Shown: positions 1 through 9,176 of the stretch, in pieces
How the letters are laid out: every line of letters begins with the position of its first letter
How positions within the stretch are numbered: position 1 is the first letter of the stretch
Virus record (IMG/VR): IMGVR_UViG_3300044956_000431
Span: 1 to 64,000 of that record
Strand: one strand, 5' to 3'
Source of the DNA: a virus
Length of the DNA: 64,000 nucleotides
Made by a program: the position numbers and the translations under genes
Notes under the pieces: generated by a model
Seen by the model: only the letters and a program-made list of their open reading frames with translations
Told to the model about the DNA's origin: nothing
The model's database searches: none

Positions 1-205
1 GAGTATTTTTTTGACTACGGACTAGCCCCTTTGCTTTTACCGCACTTCTCCATTTTTTAGCATAGAGATTAGCACAAGATTTACATTGAGGAATAACAAG
101 CCTATCGACATCTTTCTCAACCTTCAGAAGAGAACTAGGAAAGAAGTGTTCTTCAGAAGACTCTAACAATCTTTTACATTTGCCGCAAGTATAATGTGAT
201 CTCAT
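1..205 (-). CDS. Zn-finger protein, possibly the N-terminus of an HNH-type endonuclease (runs off the window edge)
   Basis: Manual translation MRSHYTCGKCKRLL...PQCKSCANLYAKKWR with two CxxC pairs; not in the ORF track. Confidence 0.55.
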   Translation of the reverse strand, partial: MRSHYTCGKCKRLLESSEEHFFPSSLLKVEKDVDRLVIPQCKSCANLYAKKWRSAVKAKGLVRSQKNT

Positions 206-208
206 TCT

Positions 209-469
209 TCAATTCCATCTCAGTAGTGTAAGTGTTGCCATCTGGGGATCACGGAACCACCATGAGCATCCATAGTCAGCGTCCAGTGGATTTTGATTAT
301 AGGTTCTGCCCCAGTCTTTGTTATACTCACCAACATGGTGAGCCAACCAACGACCAAAGTCAATCTGAGCATCTACTGAGTAGATGCCATCTACTGAGTA
401 GAGGCCAGTGGCATCTATTACCTGATCTAGCCTCAATGCTCGTAATTGTCTTTGATGTATCTTTGTCAT
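209..469 (-). CDS. hypothetical phage protein
   Basis: 86-aa ORF in the minus-strand early run. Confidence 0.6.
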   Translation of the reverse strand: MTKIHQRQLRALRLDQVIDATGLYSVDGIYSVDAQIDFGRWLAHHVGEYNKDWGRTYNQNPLDADYGCSWWFRDPQMATLTLLRWN

Positions 470-545
470 TCTTCAACTCCAAAATGTTGTTTGATCAAAT
501 CAGCGTACCAGATTCTAATCCCAGTTTGATGATTCGTTCCTTCAT
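466..545 (-). pseudogene. internally deleted remnant of a small phage protein (MKERII...ADLIKQHFGVEE)
   Basis: Start MKERIIKLGLESG and end WYADLIKQHFGVEE* lie in different frames within 80 bp; the TGA overlaps the next ATG. Confidence 0.5.
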
Positions 546-547
546 TT

Positions 548-763
548 TTATTTGCCTTCAGATATTTTAATTAAAACTTCATGTTCGATCTCACGCATTA
601 GATTAAATCTATCTACATATCTCACAGAAGAAGGCAATATGTATGTTTTACCAAAAAGCCGAGTTTCAACATTATGTTTTGCCCAAATTTCATCTAGTTT
701 TTCATTGGACAATACTTTCGTCAACACTTTCTTTGGTACCACTGTCGATACTTTCTGATTCAT
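548..763 (-). CDS. hypothetical protein
   Basis: AGGAG RBS upstream of ATG 763 (MNQKVST...); shorter than the ORF-track call. Confidence 0.6.
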   Translation of the reverse strand: MNQKVSTVVPKKVLTKVLSNEKLDEIWAKHNVETRLFGKTYILPSSVRYVDRFNLMREIEHEVLIKISEGK

Positions 764-801
764 GACTAAATCTCCTAATAATGCAAGTCTAAAATGGTTC
801 C

Positions 802-912
802 TCAACAATGGCGGAGTAAACGGAACTTGATTGCGGCAATGATGCTGTCTAGTTGATCGTTGGTGAGATCGCCTTGCATGATAGCTTGATTGATTTCTGA
901 AATAGTGGGCAT
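802..912 (-). CDS. short, possibly truncated early protein (MPTISEINQAIMQGDL...)
   Basis: AAGGAG RBS and a strong promoter upstream; only 36 aa. Confidence 0.5.
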   Translation of the reverse strand: MPTISEINQAIMQGDLTNDQLDSIIAAIKFRLLRHC

Positions 913-942
913 CCAGCTCTCCTTTTTGTTTACTATGCCCAT

Positions 943-971
943 ATTTTAGCAAAATAGGCATTTCTGGTCAA
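943..971 (-). promoter_or_regulatory. sigma70-type early promoter
   Basis: TTGACC-17 bp-TAAAAT; spacer similar to those at 1212-1240 and 34723-34752. Confidence 0.75.
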
Positions 972-981
972 CCAAACTAGG

Positions 982-1185
982 TTAGTGCCCACTAACCCGG
1001 TCAAAGATGCTTTGTTGTAAAAGAGCCACATCTTCGCGGTCTACGTAAAAATCAGTGCGAGGGTCCCAGTACTCGCCAGCCCGGGGATCATAGTACAAGA
1101 CCTGTCCGTTGGGGTAGTGGAACGGGCCTTCCAGTCCTGGGCGTGAACCGTAGTTTTGATTGTGCTTGAAAACTGAGTAGGTCAT
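982..1185 (-). CDS. hypothetical phage protein
   Basis: AGGAG RBS, own promoter; GLEGPF...YYDP motif. Confidence 0.7.
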   Translation of the reverse strand: MTYSVFKHNQNYGSRPGLEGPFHYPNGQVLYYDPRAGEYWDPRTDFYVDREDVALLQQSIFDRVSGH

Positions 1186-1211
1186 GGTAAACTCCTAACT
1201 GTTGAACCCAT

Positions 1212-1240
1212 ATTGTAGCAAAATGGGCATTTCTGGTCAA
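1212..1240 (-). promoter_or_regulatory. sigma70-type early promoter
   Basis: TTGACC-17 bp-TACAAT. Confidence 0.75.
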
Positions 1241-1325
1241 CCGCAATAAAACTTTTATATTTTGCGGCAGTGCAATACATAAATATCATTAAAAACACTA
1301 ATATGGTTTCTACTAAGGAGAATAT

Positions 1326-1448
1326 ATGAAAAAAATATTAGAAAAAGTTTGGGAATTTTTAGTTGCGCTTGGCGAAGCTCATTATGCCGCTAAACTGGCT
1401 CGCAATGGTCGTGTGGAAGAAGCCAAAAGAGTATATCAAAATGATTGA
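1326..1448 (+). CDS. small protein (40 aa, MKKILEKVWEFLVALGEAH...)
   Basis: TAAGGAG RBS and upstream CATAAATA; below the ORF-track length cutoff. Confidence 0.6.
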   Translation: MKKILEKVWEFLVALGEAHYAAKLARNGRVEEAKRVYQND

Positions 1449-1515
1449 AATACTAACATGGTGGCCTGTGACTGACGAAGAGTGGGAACAGCTTAACTAT
1501 CCTGGTAAACGATAG
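1441..1515 (+). CDS. putative 24-aa peptide MIEILTWWPVTDEEWEQLNYPGKR
   Basis: ATG overlaps the end of the preceding ORF (possible translational coupling). Confidence 0.35.
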   Translation: MIEILTWWPVTDEEWEQLNYPGKR

Positions 1516-1948
1516 GTTCCAGTAACCAACCCTGACCGGTAATGCCGTGCCTCCATTGATAGAATGGCCGGTCGATGTCTAACTTCCAACTACCGTTGAT
1601 TCCTAGATAACTCGTTGGTCCCTGCAGACCACGTTCGGTGTCGTACACAGCCAAATGGTTCCAGGCTGGCACCAGCTCAAACCCATCTATACGCACACTG
1701 TCAATCTTGATGGCTGTTTCACGCCGTTGATCATATCGCTTGTCGATCAAGCCTATTTCGATTTGCAATGGTTCTCGCAAGGCCACTTCAAACTGATGTT
1801 CCACTGACTCAGTGAGCTGTAGGTACTCGATTACATCCTGATTTACACGCACACTGGCACCCGGATAGCCATTGTCTGTGATCACTGACAGTTGTATGAT
1901 CACTGAAATTGTAGGTTCAGTATCCGGCAGATCGGAAAAGTTCTTCAT
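1493..1948 (-). CDS. hypothetical protein
   Basis: 151-aa ORF overlapping the radical SAM gene end. Confidence 0.6.
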   Translation of the reverse strand: MKNFSDLPDTEPTISVIIQLSVITDNGYPGASVRVNQDVIEYLQLTESVEHQFEVALREPLQIEIGLIDKRYDQRRETAIKIDSVRIDGFELVPAWNHLAVYDTERGLQGPTSYLGINGSWKLDIDRPFYQWRHGITGQGWLLEPIVYQDS

Positions 1949-3206
1949 ATTCGGGCAAGTAGTCTAGCACACAGTTACGACGACTGTGTTCCATGGTTTT
2001 TAGATAGCTGATCAAATCAGGAAGTCTGTGGCTTTCGTCAGGTTGAGTTTCAAGATATTTCACATAGCTCAAAGCATCTTGCAGTACCTGCGCTGTGGAT
2101 TGATTGGGGTCTCTGGTGTTGATCACAGGGATCTCTGCCACGGTGTTTTGTTTTTTGATCCAGGTTTGCAATCGATCAATGACAGTTTCACGATGCTCAC
2201 GTGTCAACACAGTGGGCCGCATGAACGCAGGATCATTGAGAAAGTTACAGCTCTCTACAGCAATACCTTGTTGCATAGCAAACTCATAGATAGTATTAAG
2301 ATGCAACACAGTGAGTATGGTTGGAGTGATGCGTATCTGCATAAGCCAATCCTGCTGGCGTGCCATATCAATCCAACGCTTCATCATGCGTTCTACCGTG
2401 GCAAGATTACTGCCATATCTTGCGTAGTCATTTACCGGGTGTAAACATTCCACACTCATACCAAGATTGACTTCTTTAAACTCGCACAATAACTTTACAA
2501 TGTCTGAATCCCAGGTAGTGAGATTGGTAGTAAAACCAATACTGACCTGTTGGCATAGATTGTTGTCTACCAGAGCCTGCAATATTTTACGGAACGCAGG
2601 TGTGATCAAGGTCTCGCCGCCTATGAAATGTAGATAGGCCAACCTTGGAGTGCGTTCTAAGGTGGTAATAAACATGTCCATGCTGGCAGGATCGTCTACC
2701 CAGGCTTCAGGAGGAAGCTCTTTGATAAAACCTATGCGTTTGAACTCCGAAGCTAGACGACTGCTGGAATGCGGTTCACAGAACAAGCAGGCCGAGTTAC
2801 AGAAGTTACCAAGGTCGATCTGCCAGTCCTGTGGCAGTTGATCTGTGGCGCCATCTCTGTCCTTACTATTTTTAAACTCTTGGAGCCAAGGCGAACTCAG
2901 CATGGTTTTGTCAAAATCTTGCACTGTAACTCCTATCTTGAGTAGTTGTCTTTGCCGACCAGACACTTTGCCGTGCTGTTCCATTTGATAACACTCGCTG
3001 CAGCCCACTGGCTGTTGGCCATCCAGCATCTGCTGACGTATTGTACTCATGCCATATTGGAACCAGTACACTGTACTGTGCGTGCGTATACTGGGCAGAC
3101 CCTGTCGATCATGCTTCACGGCCCAGCGACAGTATTCATAGTTGCCTGAGTTGTTGATCCTGGTATGGAACCAAGGACTAGGGCAGAAACTGTCTTTGAG
3201 ACTCAT
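1917..3206 (-). CDS. radical SAM protein with N-terminal SPASM/twitch-like Cys cluster
   Basis: CNSACLFC motif, GGET, TTN; N-terminal CPSPW...CSEC. Confidence 0.85.
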   Translation of the reverse strand: MSLKDSFCPSPWFHTRINNSGNYEYCRWAVKHDRQGLPSIRTHSTVYWFQYGMSTIRQQMLDGQQPVGCSECYQMEQHGKVSGRQRQLLKIGVTVQDFDKTMLSSPWLQEFKNSKDRDGATDQLPQDWQIDLGNFCNSACLFCEPHSSSRLASEFKRIGFIKELPPEAWVDDPASMDMFITTLERTPRLAYLHFIGGETLITPAFRKILQALVDNNLCQQVSIGFTTNLTTWDSDIVKLLCEFKEVNLGMSVECLHPVNDYARYGSNLATVERMMKRWIDMARQQDWLMQIRITPTILTVLHLNTIYEFAMQQGIAVESCNFLNDPAFMRPTVLTREHRETVIDRLQTWIKKQNTVAEIPVINTRDPNQSTAQVLQDALSYVKYLETQPDESHRLPDLISYLKTMEHSRRNCVLDYLPEYEELFRSAGY

Positions 3207-3799
3207 TACTCTCTATGCTCAATGATGCGGTCAACCAAGCCATACTCCAAGGCTTCCTGTGCAGACATAAAGGTATCTCTATCCATGTCACGTTCAAAGT
3301 CTTGATAGGTTTTGCCTGCGGTGTTGTGTCGGACATAGAGTTCAGTCAAGATATGCTTCATCTTAGTGATTTCTTTGTACTGGATTTCAATATCACTTTG
3401 CATTCCACGAGCACCGCCCGATGGTTGATGGATCATGTGGCGAGCATAGGGCAGGATCATGCGTTTGCCTGCGGCACCCGCATTGGCTAGAAAACTACCC
3501 ATGGAGCAGGCCTGACCCATCACAATAGTCTGCACATCGCACTTGATAAACTGCATGGTATCATAGATGGCCATACCTGCTGTGATCACGCCGCCCGGTG
3601 AGTTGATGTAAAACGAAATGTCCTTGGCAGGATTTTCTGCTTCCAAAAACAGCATCTGGGCTACGATTAATGAAGCTGAATGTTCGTTGACATCTGTGTC
3701 CAGCATGATCACTCGATCTCGTAGCAATCGGCTGTAGATATCGTAACTGCGTTCGCCGCGGCTAGTTTGTTCTAGAACTATGGGCACTAGATTAGGCAT
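3206..3799 (-). CDS. clpP: ATP-dependent Clp protease proteolytic subunit
   Basis: [36 protein letters not shown]. Confidence 0.95.
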   Translation of the reverse strand: MPNLVPIVLEQTSRGERSYDIYSRLLRDRVIMLDTDVNEHSASLIVAQMLFLEAENPAKDISFYINSPGGVITAGMAIYDTMQFIKCDVQTIVMGQACSMGSFLANAGAAGKRMILPYARHMIHQPSGGARGMQSDIEIQYKEITKMKHILTELYVRHNTAGKTYQDFERDMDRDTFMSAQEALEYGLVDRIIEHRE

Positions 3800-4523
3800 T
3801 TTTTTCCTTTATGAAGTTGTAGATTTGGTCGGCATAATATGCTTGGCTCAACGGGCCAGGGTGTGTATCAGCCTCCGACACTGAGTCTAGTTTACATGAT
3901 TGCCAGCTGTTTGTCAAGTTTATCCATTTTGTTTGATCAACTCGATCACAGGACGATTTTACTTTGTTCAGCAGTTGCTCTAACATTTTGTCATCAAACT
4001 CATCAACCTGCAGTAAAAACTCTAGAAAGCGATTTTTGGTTTGTAAAGGGATGTTCCAATCAACATACCAAAAATCTTGGTCCCACGGCAACATTCCATT
4101 GATGAAATAAATGTTTTCCTGTTGTTGTAATATCTCTATCATATCTATGAGATCAAAAAAGTGTTTCCAATCTTGATTGAGCAAAGTCAAAAGCCGCACA
4201 AAGTTTGAAATTTCTTGGGCATCGACGCCTGGTAAAGATTGTGCCAAATAAGTGTTGTTGTGGGAAAGAACTATTTTGGGATTGACAGGCGATGGCGACA
4301 CTGTGATACGGTTTAAAGCTGTCCATTGCACCAGTTTTATATCTGCTGATGTGGTTCTAGCCTTTAATATTGATAGAAAAATATCATGATTACTGTCGGC
4401 TGTTTGTGCAAGATTAATTAGGTTTACCCCAAGTTTATGAGCAAGCATTTGCGACCATGTTTGCATTGGATTTCTAAATCCCCATCCTGAACTGAACGAA
4501 CATCCTGTAACCAATAGAGTCAT
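3792..4523 (-). CDS. SGNH/GDSL-hydrolase-like protein
   Basis: N-terminal GCSFSSG and C-terminal DTHPG. Confidence 0.6.
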   Translation of the reverse strand: MTLLVTGCSFSSGWGFRNPMQTWSQMLAHKLGVNLINLAQTADSNHDIFLSILKARTTSADIKLVQWTALNRITVSPSPVNPKIVLSHNNTYLAQSLPGVDAQEISNFVRLLTLLNQDWKHFFDLIDMIEILQQQENIYFINGMLPWDQDFWYVDWNIPLQTKNRFLEFLLQVDEFDDKMLEQLLNKVKSSCDRVDQTKWINLTNSWQSCKLDSVSEADTHPGPLSQAYYADQIYNFIKEKNA

Positions 4524-4572
4524 ATGTTATAAGTATCCAGGATAAGTATAGCATACACAGAAAAGCATTGCA

Positions 4573-6141
4573 ATGAGAGACCTACTAAATCTAGTCGATG
4601 AGTTTTCAGAAGCACGTGGACTCAGCGCCAGAAAACCTGGCGAAATCTATGCCCGTGTTGGCAGTGATGCCGAAGATGACCAAATAACCTTTCAAGCTCT
4701 GGATTTTTATCCAGATCGCGGATCCTACGAGTCCATGGATCAAATGATGGATGTGTTGGATCAACTAGAGACCCAAGCAGGCATAAAGTTTGAGCCTATA
4801 AATCAACCCAGCAACCGCACCAAAGCCTTTGGTGTGGCTGCCTTTGATACCGCAGTGGGTCGCAGATATCTAGTAAAGTTTGCCGCAGACATCAAGCCTG
4901 TGCGTACTCAAAACACTTTTTTCCAGACCAAAGACATTCCGGGTGGGTTCAGCCAAACTGATGTTCGCGGTTCAAAGGAAAAAGTTGGATACAAGCCCAG
5001 TGACGTGCTTGAAGATTTCAAAAGCCAGACACCTGCTTCAATTTTGGCTCAGATAGCCAAACGTTTCAGTGAAGACAGCGATGAGTACAATGCTGCTGTG
5101 ATCATTGCCAATGCCAAACAGTTTCCTGTGTTGGTACCCGCAGGCAACATGAACTTCAAGGGCTTTCGTGACTACTTCTGTGAAATGCTACAGCCCTGTG
5201 TGCTGATCAATGGTGCACCGGTGAGTGGCAATGCGGCCAAGGCTGTCCAAGTGTTCATGGGCCAAAATGGATTCTCGGACTGTGTGGTCAGCTTCAACAC
5301 CAATGTATCAGGCACGTTGTATGATTCGCTATTGGTCAATCCTAAAGGCAAGCAGATCAAACTGTCTAGCAAGGGTGCCAAAGGCGCCATGGCTTCAGTG
5401 ATCAATCTGTTGAAATCCGCACGTGAACTGGAAGAAGCTGGTTTAGGCAACATCGTGGAACCTTACCAACAAATCATCGACGTACTAAAAATCATCGACA
5501 ATGGCGATCACAACTCGGGTCCATTAAACTTGGCCATACAACAAGAAATGATCACGCCCGAAGAAGCACAGCAAGTGATGTTGCTGAAATCAGCGGCTGG
5601 GAAAAAAGGGTTTGATATCGATCAGACCAATCTCACAGACAACTTAAAAGCCATATACAAAGAACGCACAGCAGAAGATCCCAGCAAAGTAGTGCCACTG
5701 AACCACATGGTAGCTTCTATCGCTTACAAAGTCTGCAACAAGATCAACACCAGCACCAACTTCTCCGAAGCGGCTGCTGACATCCTCAACAACTCGGCCT
5801 TTGTACAGATGTACACTGATGCCGCACAAAAAGGAGATCAGTTTGTGATCAAAGGTTTTACCACTGTGTGGCCTTCAAAACTGTTTACTGATGTAACGCT
5901 GGAGGCAAAAAAAAGCTATAGTTCGACCACCAGCTCGGGCGGCAAGTTGGTATTCAACATCAACAAAGAACCCAAGGCTGTACCCAACACAGAACAAAGT
6001 TCTACCACAGATGCTCCGGGTCCAAGTCGTGCCGGGGAACTGGTTGATTATATTCCGCCGCGCAGTGATCTCAAGGCTGCAGATACAGCAAAGGCCGGCA
6101 ATGATGCGGCCCTGGGTCGCAGACGTAGGAAAAGTTTTTAA
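4573..6141 (+). CDS. hypothetical, probable late/virion-internal protein with a possible restriction-endonuclease-like fold
   Basis: 522-aa ORF; LYDS...IKLSSK motif; MRDLLNL..E N-terminus. Confidence 0.5.
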   Translation: MRDLLNLVDEFSEARGLSARKPGEIYARVGSDAEDDQITFQALDFYPDRGSYESMDQMMDVLDQLETQAGIKFEPINQPSNRTKAFGVAAFDTAVGRRYLVKFAADIKPVRTQNTFFQTKDIPGGFSQTDVRGSKEKVGYKPSDVLEDFKSQTPASILAQIAKRFSEDSDEYNAAVIIANAKQFPVLVPAGNMNFKGFRDYFCEMLQPCVLINGAPVSGNAAKAVQVFMGQNGFSDCVVSFNTNVSGTLYDSLLVNPKGKQIKLSSKGAKGAMASVINLLKSARELEEAGLGNIVEPYQQIIDVLKIIDNGDHNSGPLNLAIQQEMITPEEAQQVMLLKSAAGKKGFDIDQTNLTDNLKAIYKERTAEDPSKVVPLNHMVASIAYKVCNKINTSTNFSEAAADILNNSAFVQMYTDAAQKGDQFVIKGFTTVWPSKLFTDVTLEAKKSYSSTTSSGGKLVFNINKEPKAVPNTEQSSTTDAPGPSRAGELVDYIPPRSDLKAADTAKAGNDAALGRRRRKSF

Positions 6142-6722
6142 CGACTGATGTTGGCAATGTGATTGCAGATGCCCAGTTCCAGTGCTTCTTGGGCAGATAA
6201 CCAAACATCATTGGGTGGTAACAGTTTGGTTTTTATAGTTTCTTCATATAGTCCAGTGGTTTCTCGATAATGATTGATCATGCGCTGTTGGGTCAGGCCA
6301 AACTCTTTGGTTATAGCAAACAGTTCGTGATGCTTGCCATCTGACCCCCACGAATACTGATGACTCAAGATTGAAGTATTGGGAGTCAGCACTCGCCGGC
6401 CTTGTGTGCCTGCTAAGAAAATCAACAAGCCACAGCTGGCTATCTGTCCCAAGCCCACTGTTTTGATAGGAATGTTACTGCTCTTCATGACATCTATTAG
6501 CGCAAAGGCTTCTTCTATATTTCCGCCACGCGAACAAATCATCAAGATCAGCTCTTTCTTTTTCTTCTGTTTGACGATGTAGTTTTCATGCAAGATCCAC
6601 TCAATGATGGGCAACATGTTATTTTCATCGACGTCGCCCATAAAAGTATAGATACCACTCTTTTTGAGGTCGTCACCGGGAGAATATGTAATATCGTCTT
6701 TGTCTTGGATCATTGATGTCAT
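6138..6722 (-). CDS. divergent ClpP-family protease
   Basis: ICSRGG, IASCG (Ser), LSHQ (His), DVWLSAQEALELG (Asp). Confidence 0.85.
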   Translation of the reverse strand: MTSMIQDKDDITYSPGDDLKKSGIYTFMGDVDENNMLPIIEWILHENYIVKQKKKKELILMICSRGGNIEEAFALIDVMKSSNIPIKTVGLGQIASCGLLIFLAGTQGRRVLTPNTSILSHQYSWGSDGKHHELFAITKEFGLTQQRMINHYRETTGLYEETIKTKLLPPNDVWLSAQEALELGICNHIANISR

Positions 6723-6816
6723 AGTCTAGAAAAAGTGCTGTTGAATAAAGTATATATATTATAACATAAGTTTTGAACAGCTCACATACTTATGAGCAAA
6801 TCCAAAATCGGCTCAG

Positions 6817-7917
6817 TTAATTCGGGCATTGAGTATGGCGCACAACCTCCATTTTTACTGTGTCCAGCACCGGTGTTGTAGGGGTTAGATTAAAGGACAC
6901 ACGAGCATCCAATGTCAAATATCCATTGATCTGTAACCCATCGTTGGTTGGCTGTAGTAATCGCTCGTTAGGCACATACCCGCTCATCACATTGTCCAGC
7001 TCGCTCCAGCGTTGGCATCCGCGCCAGACCCTGCGTCCTTGCCGATCATCAATGGTGATCAGCACAGCAGGACGACTTTCAATTAGATTCTGGTATATCA
7101 AGGTCAGGGTGATTGAATCATCAAAAGCTGCTGTACGACTCCATCCGTGTGTGCCCGGGCGAGCTTTGATTGTGACATAGCCTTGGTAGGAACACCGACG
7201 GGCATTGAGTCCAATACAGTCTCCTGCATTGGCATTCTGACTTACGGTAGCCAGGGCTTCGCGCAGATTTTCTAGATACGCATGTCTCCATTTCAACCGG
7301 AAACTGAGCTCTAGTTGTTGTTGCCGCTGATCGTTGTAGTAGACTCTGCTGGGCCCTTGCTCGATTTCAAAAACTCTGCGTGGGAAATCAGCCAAGACCA
7401 TTTGTAACAATCGATCTCCTTGCTGTCGACTGTGTGTCAAAGTTTCGGCTTGCGCCTGTAATCGTTCTCCGTCAATATGCCCCGGAGTTCGATGATCTCC
7501 CAACAATCCATCCGAGAGTCGGCTACGTTTGACATACACATCCATGGTCATGACCACAAAACCGTTTTCTTGGGAGATATTTTTTACTTCGTAACGATCC
7601 ACAAAGCCAGCCGCATACTGCACCACTTCACTGCGTTGCAGCCGTTGTCCTGATACTTCTCGCTCTGAGTTTACAACGGATCCCACTGCCTGATCCACTG
7701 CGCCACGAAGAGCTTGAGTTTTGGCTTCTTCGGTGGTTTGCCCATAGCCTTTGACTGTGACAAAGTAGTAGCGTTCGCTGTCTTTGAGAAACCAAGGAAC
7801 CACTGTGAGAATCACACTGACCGGGTGCGGTTTCAACACCGACGCTGTGTAGGCCGATTGGGCTGTTGCATTGGCCGAGAACAGCAAGGCCAATGCCCAT
7901 ATCCACAGACGCATCAC
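6817..7917 (-). CDS. exported protein with LPP20/FlgT-N-like domain
   Basis: Signal peptide (…ANATA); VKGYGQTTEEAKTQALRGAV motif. Confidence 0.55.
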   Translation of the reverse strand: MMRLWIWALALLFSANATAQSAYTASVLKPHPVSVILTVVPWFLKDSERYYFVTVKGYGQTTEEAKTQALRGAVDQAVGSVVNSEREVSGQRLQRSEVVQYAAGFVDRYEVKNISQENGFVVMTMDVYVKRSRLSDGLLGDHRTPGHIDGERLQAQAETLTHSRQQGDRLLQMVLADFPRRVFEIEQGPSRVYYNDQRQQQLELSFRLKWRHAYLENLREALATVSQNANAGDCIGLNARRCSYQGYVTIKARPGTHGWSRTAAFDDSITLTLIYQNLIESRPAVLITIDDRQGRRVWRGCQRWSELDNVMSGYVPNERLLQPTNDGLQINGYLTLDARVSFNLTPTTPVLDTVKMEVVRHTQCPN

Positions 7918-8594
7918 TGCATCATTTCACGCATGATCACGCGGCGCTGGGTGTTGTCTTTGCGATCCCAGCGAACGATGACCTGCACGTTGCGGCCATC
8001 ATTGATCACTTTGCCTTGTTTGATCACAACACCACCCAAGATACCCGACCGTTGGATGCTCACAGTGGCACGGATGTTGGATGCAATATTGAGCGCATCG
8101 TTGCGTACCGCAGTGTTCTCCTGGCGATTGACTTCTCCTTCTTGGGCGGTTTCTGTGTCCGAAGTTTCAAAATCAGCATCACCTTTGCGATTGGTAGCAA
8201 AATTGTTGGTCTTGTTGTCTCTGGCTTTTTCCACGTTGCGAGCGATAGTATCTACCACTCGCTTGCTGGTGATATTCTCTGGATGCAAGAATGAACTCAT
8301 TCGATCTTTGGCTAAAACATAGGCAGTTTCATAGGCCTGTTGCAAGGTATTTTGGCTGTTGCCCCACACCGCTGCATAGCCCACAGCTTCTACGGCCTGC
8401 AAGTCGCCTGTGAATGAATAAATCACTCGTACACCTTCGCGCTTGAAATCTGAAGCCGCACGTTGTTCAGAGATTGCTTGTTGTGTGCCCAGAGGTACAG
8501 CAGTACCTGAGCCCACGTCTGAGACCTTGGTTGAGCTACAGGCAGTGAGACCCAATGCCATGACCACGGCTAGATAGAGTGCTGTGTTTTTCAT
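7914..8594 (-). CDS. lipoprotein (LPP20-like)
   Basis: Lipobox LTAC after a hydrophobic leader. Confidence 0.65.
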   Translation of the reverse strand: MKNTALYLAVVMALGLTACSSTKVSDVGSGTAVPLGTQQAISEQRAASDFKREGVRVIYSFTGDLQAVEAVGYAAVWGNSQNTLQQAYETAYVLAKDRMSSFLHPENITSKRVVDTIARNVEKARDNKTNNFATNRKGDADFETSDTETAQEGEVNRQENTAVRNDALNIASNIRATVSIQRSGILGGVVIKQGKVINDGRNVQVIVRWDRKDNTQRRVIMREMMQ

Positions 8595-8713
8595 TTGTTT
8601 TTAATCCATTCTCCAACTTTAGAAAGATCTTGGCCAGCGCCGGAAACCGCGCCCCCAATCGTGCCACAGCCTGTCATACAGGTTACCAGTAATAGTACAA
8701 CCAAGTGTTTCAT
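8591..8713 (-). CDS. entericidin EcnA/B-like small lipoprotein
   Basis: MKHLVVLLLVTCMTGCGTIGGAVSGAGQDLSKVGEWIKNK; AGGAG RBS; ATGA overlap with the next gene; not in the ORF track. Confidence 0.7.
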   Translation of the reverse strand: MKHLVVLLLVTCMTGCGTIGGAVSGAGQDLSKVGEWIKNK

Positions 8714-8817
8714 AGTAACTCCTAAAAGATTGGTCATAAAAAAATCCTACTATGTGTGTATTATTACACAAGTAGGATTTTCTGGTCTAGCTACAGTTTA
8801 ACCGTTTTTTAACCGAT

Positions 8818-9093
8818 TTAATTGGTTTTGGTCTGTGCTGTGTATGCTTTCATGATGCCTTCACCAAACTTGGTGTAGTCAAACTTGGCGGCTTCTTGGG
8901 CGTGTTTCACAGTTTCTTGGATCACCGTGATACCTGCGTCGATGGTGGCTTTGACAGCTTTTTTAGTGTACTCAGTCTGGTTGTCGATGAACTGGTTCAG
9001 TGCGTCAGCGATTTTTTCGTCTGTGACGAAAGTCTTTACGAACTGCTTCTTACCTGTTTGTACTGCGTCGATTGTTGCGTCATATGTAAACAT
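8818..9093 (-). CDS. phasin-like (PHA granule-associated) protein
   Basis: 91-aa amphipathic Ala/Thr/Lys-rich helical protein; strong RBS; TGC-rich palindrome upstream. Confidence 0.6.
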   Translation of the reverse strand: MFTYDATIDAVQTGKKQFVKTFVTDEKIADALNQFIDNQTEYTKKAVKATIDAGITVIQETVKHAQEAAKFDYTKFGEGIMKAYTAQTKTN

Positions 9094-9152
9094 TGTTTTC
9101 TCCTTGATTAAGCTGGTTTACTAAACAAGACCCGCCCTATGCGGCATCTTGT
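9094..9152 (-). promoter_or_regulatory. structured 5' leader shared with the hsp20 leader
   Basis: ACAAGA-TGCCG-CATAGGG-CGGG-TCTTGT hairpin followed by TTAGTAAACCAGCTTAATCAAGGAGAAAACAATG. Confidence 0.65.
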
Positions 9153-9176
9153 GTGTTGCATTATTATATATGATAC

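Noticed and set aside
7714-8322. Long antisense ORFs (e.g. 7714..8322, 9668..10129, 41674..42153)
   Set aside because: These are shadow frames opposite well-supported genes, with no RBS or motifs.
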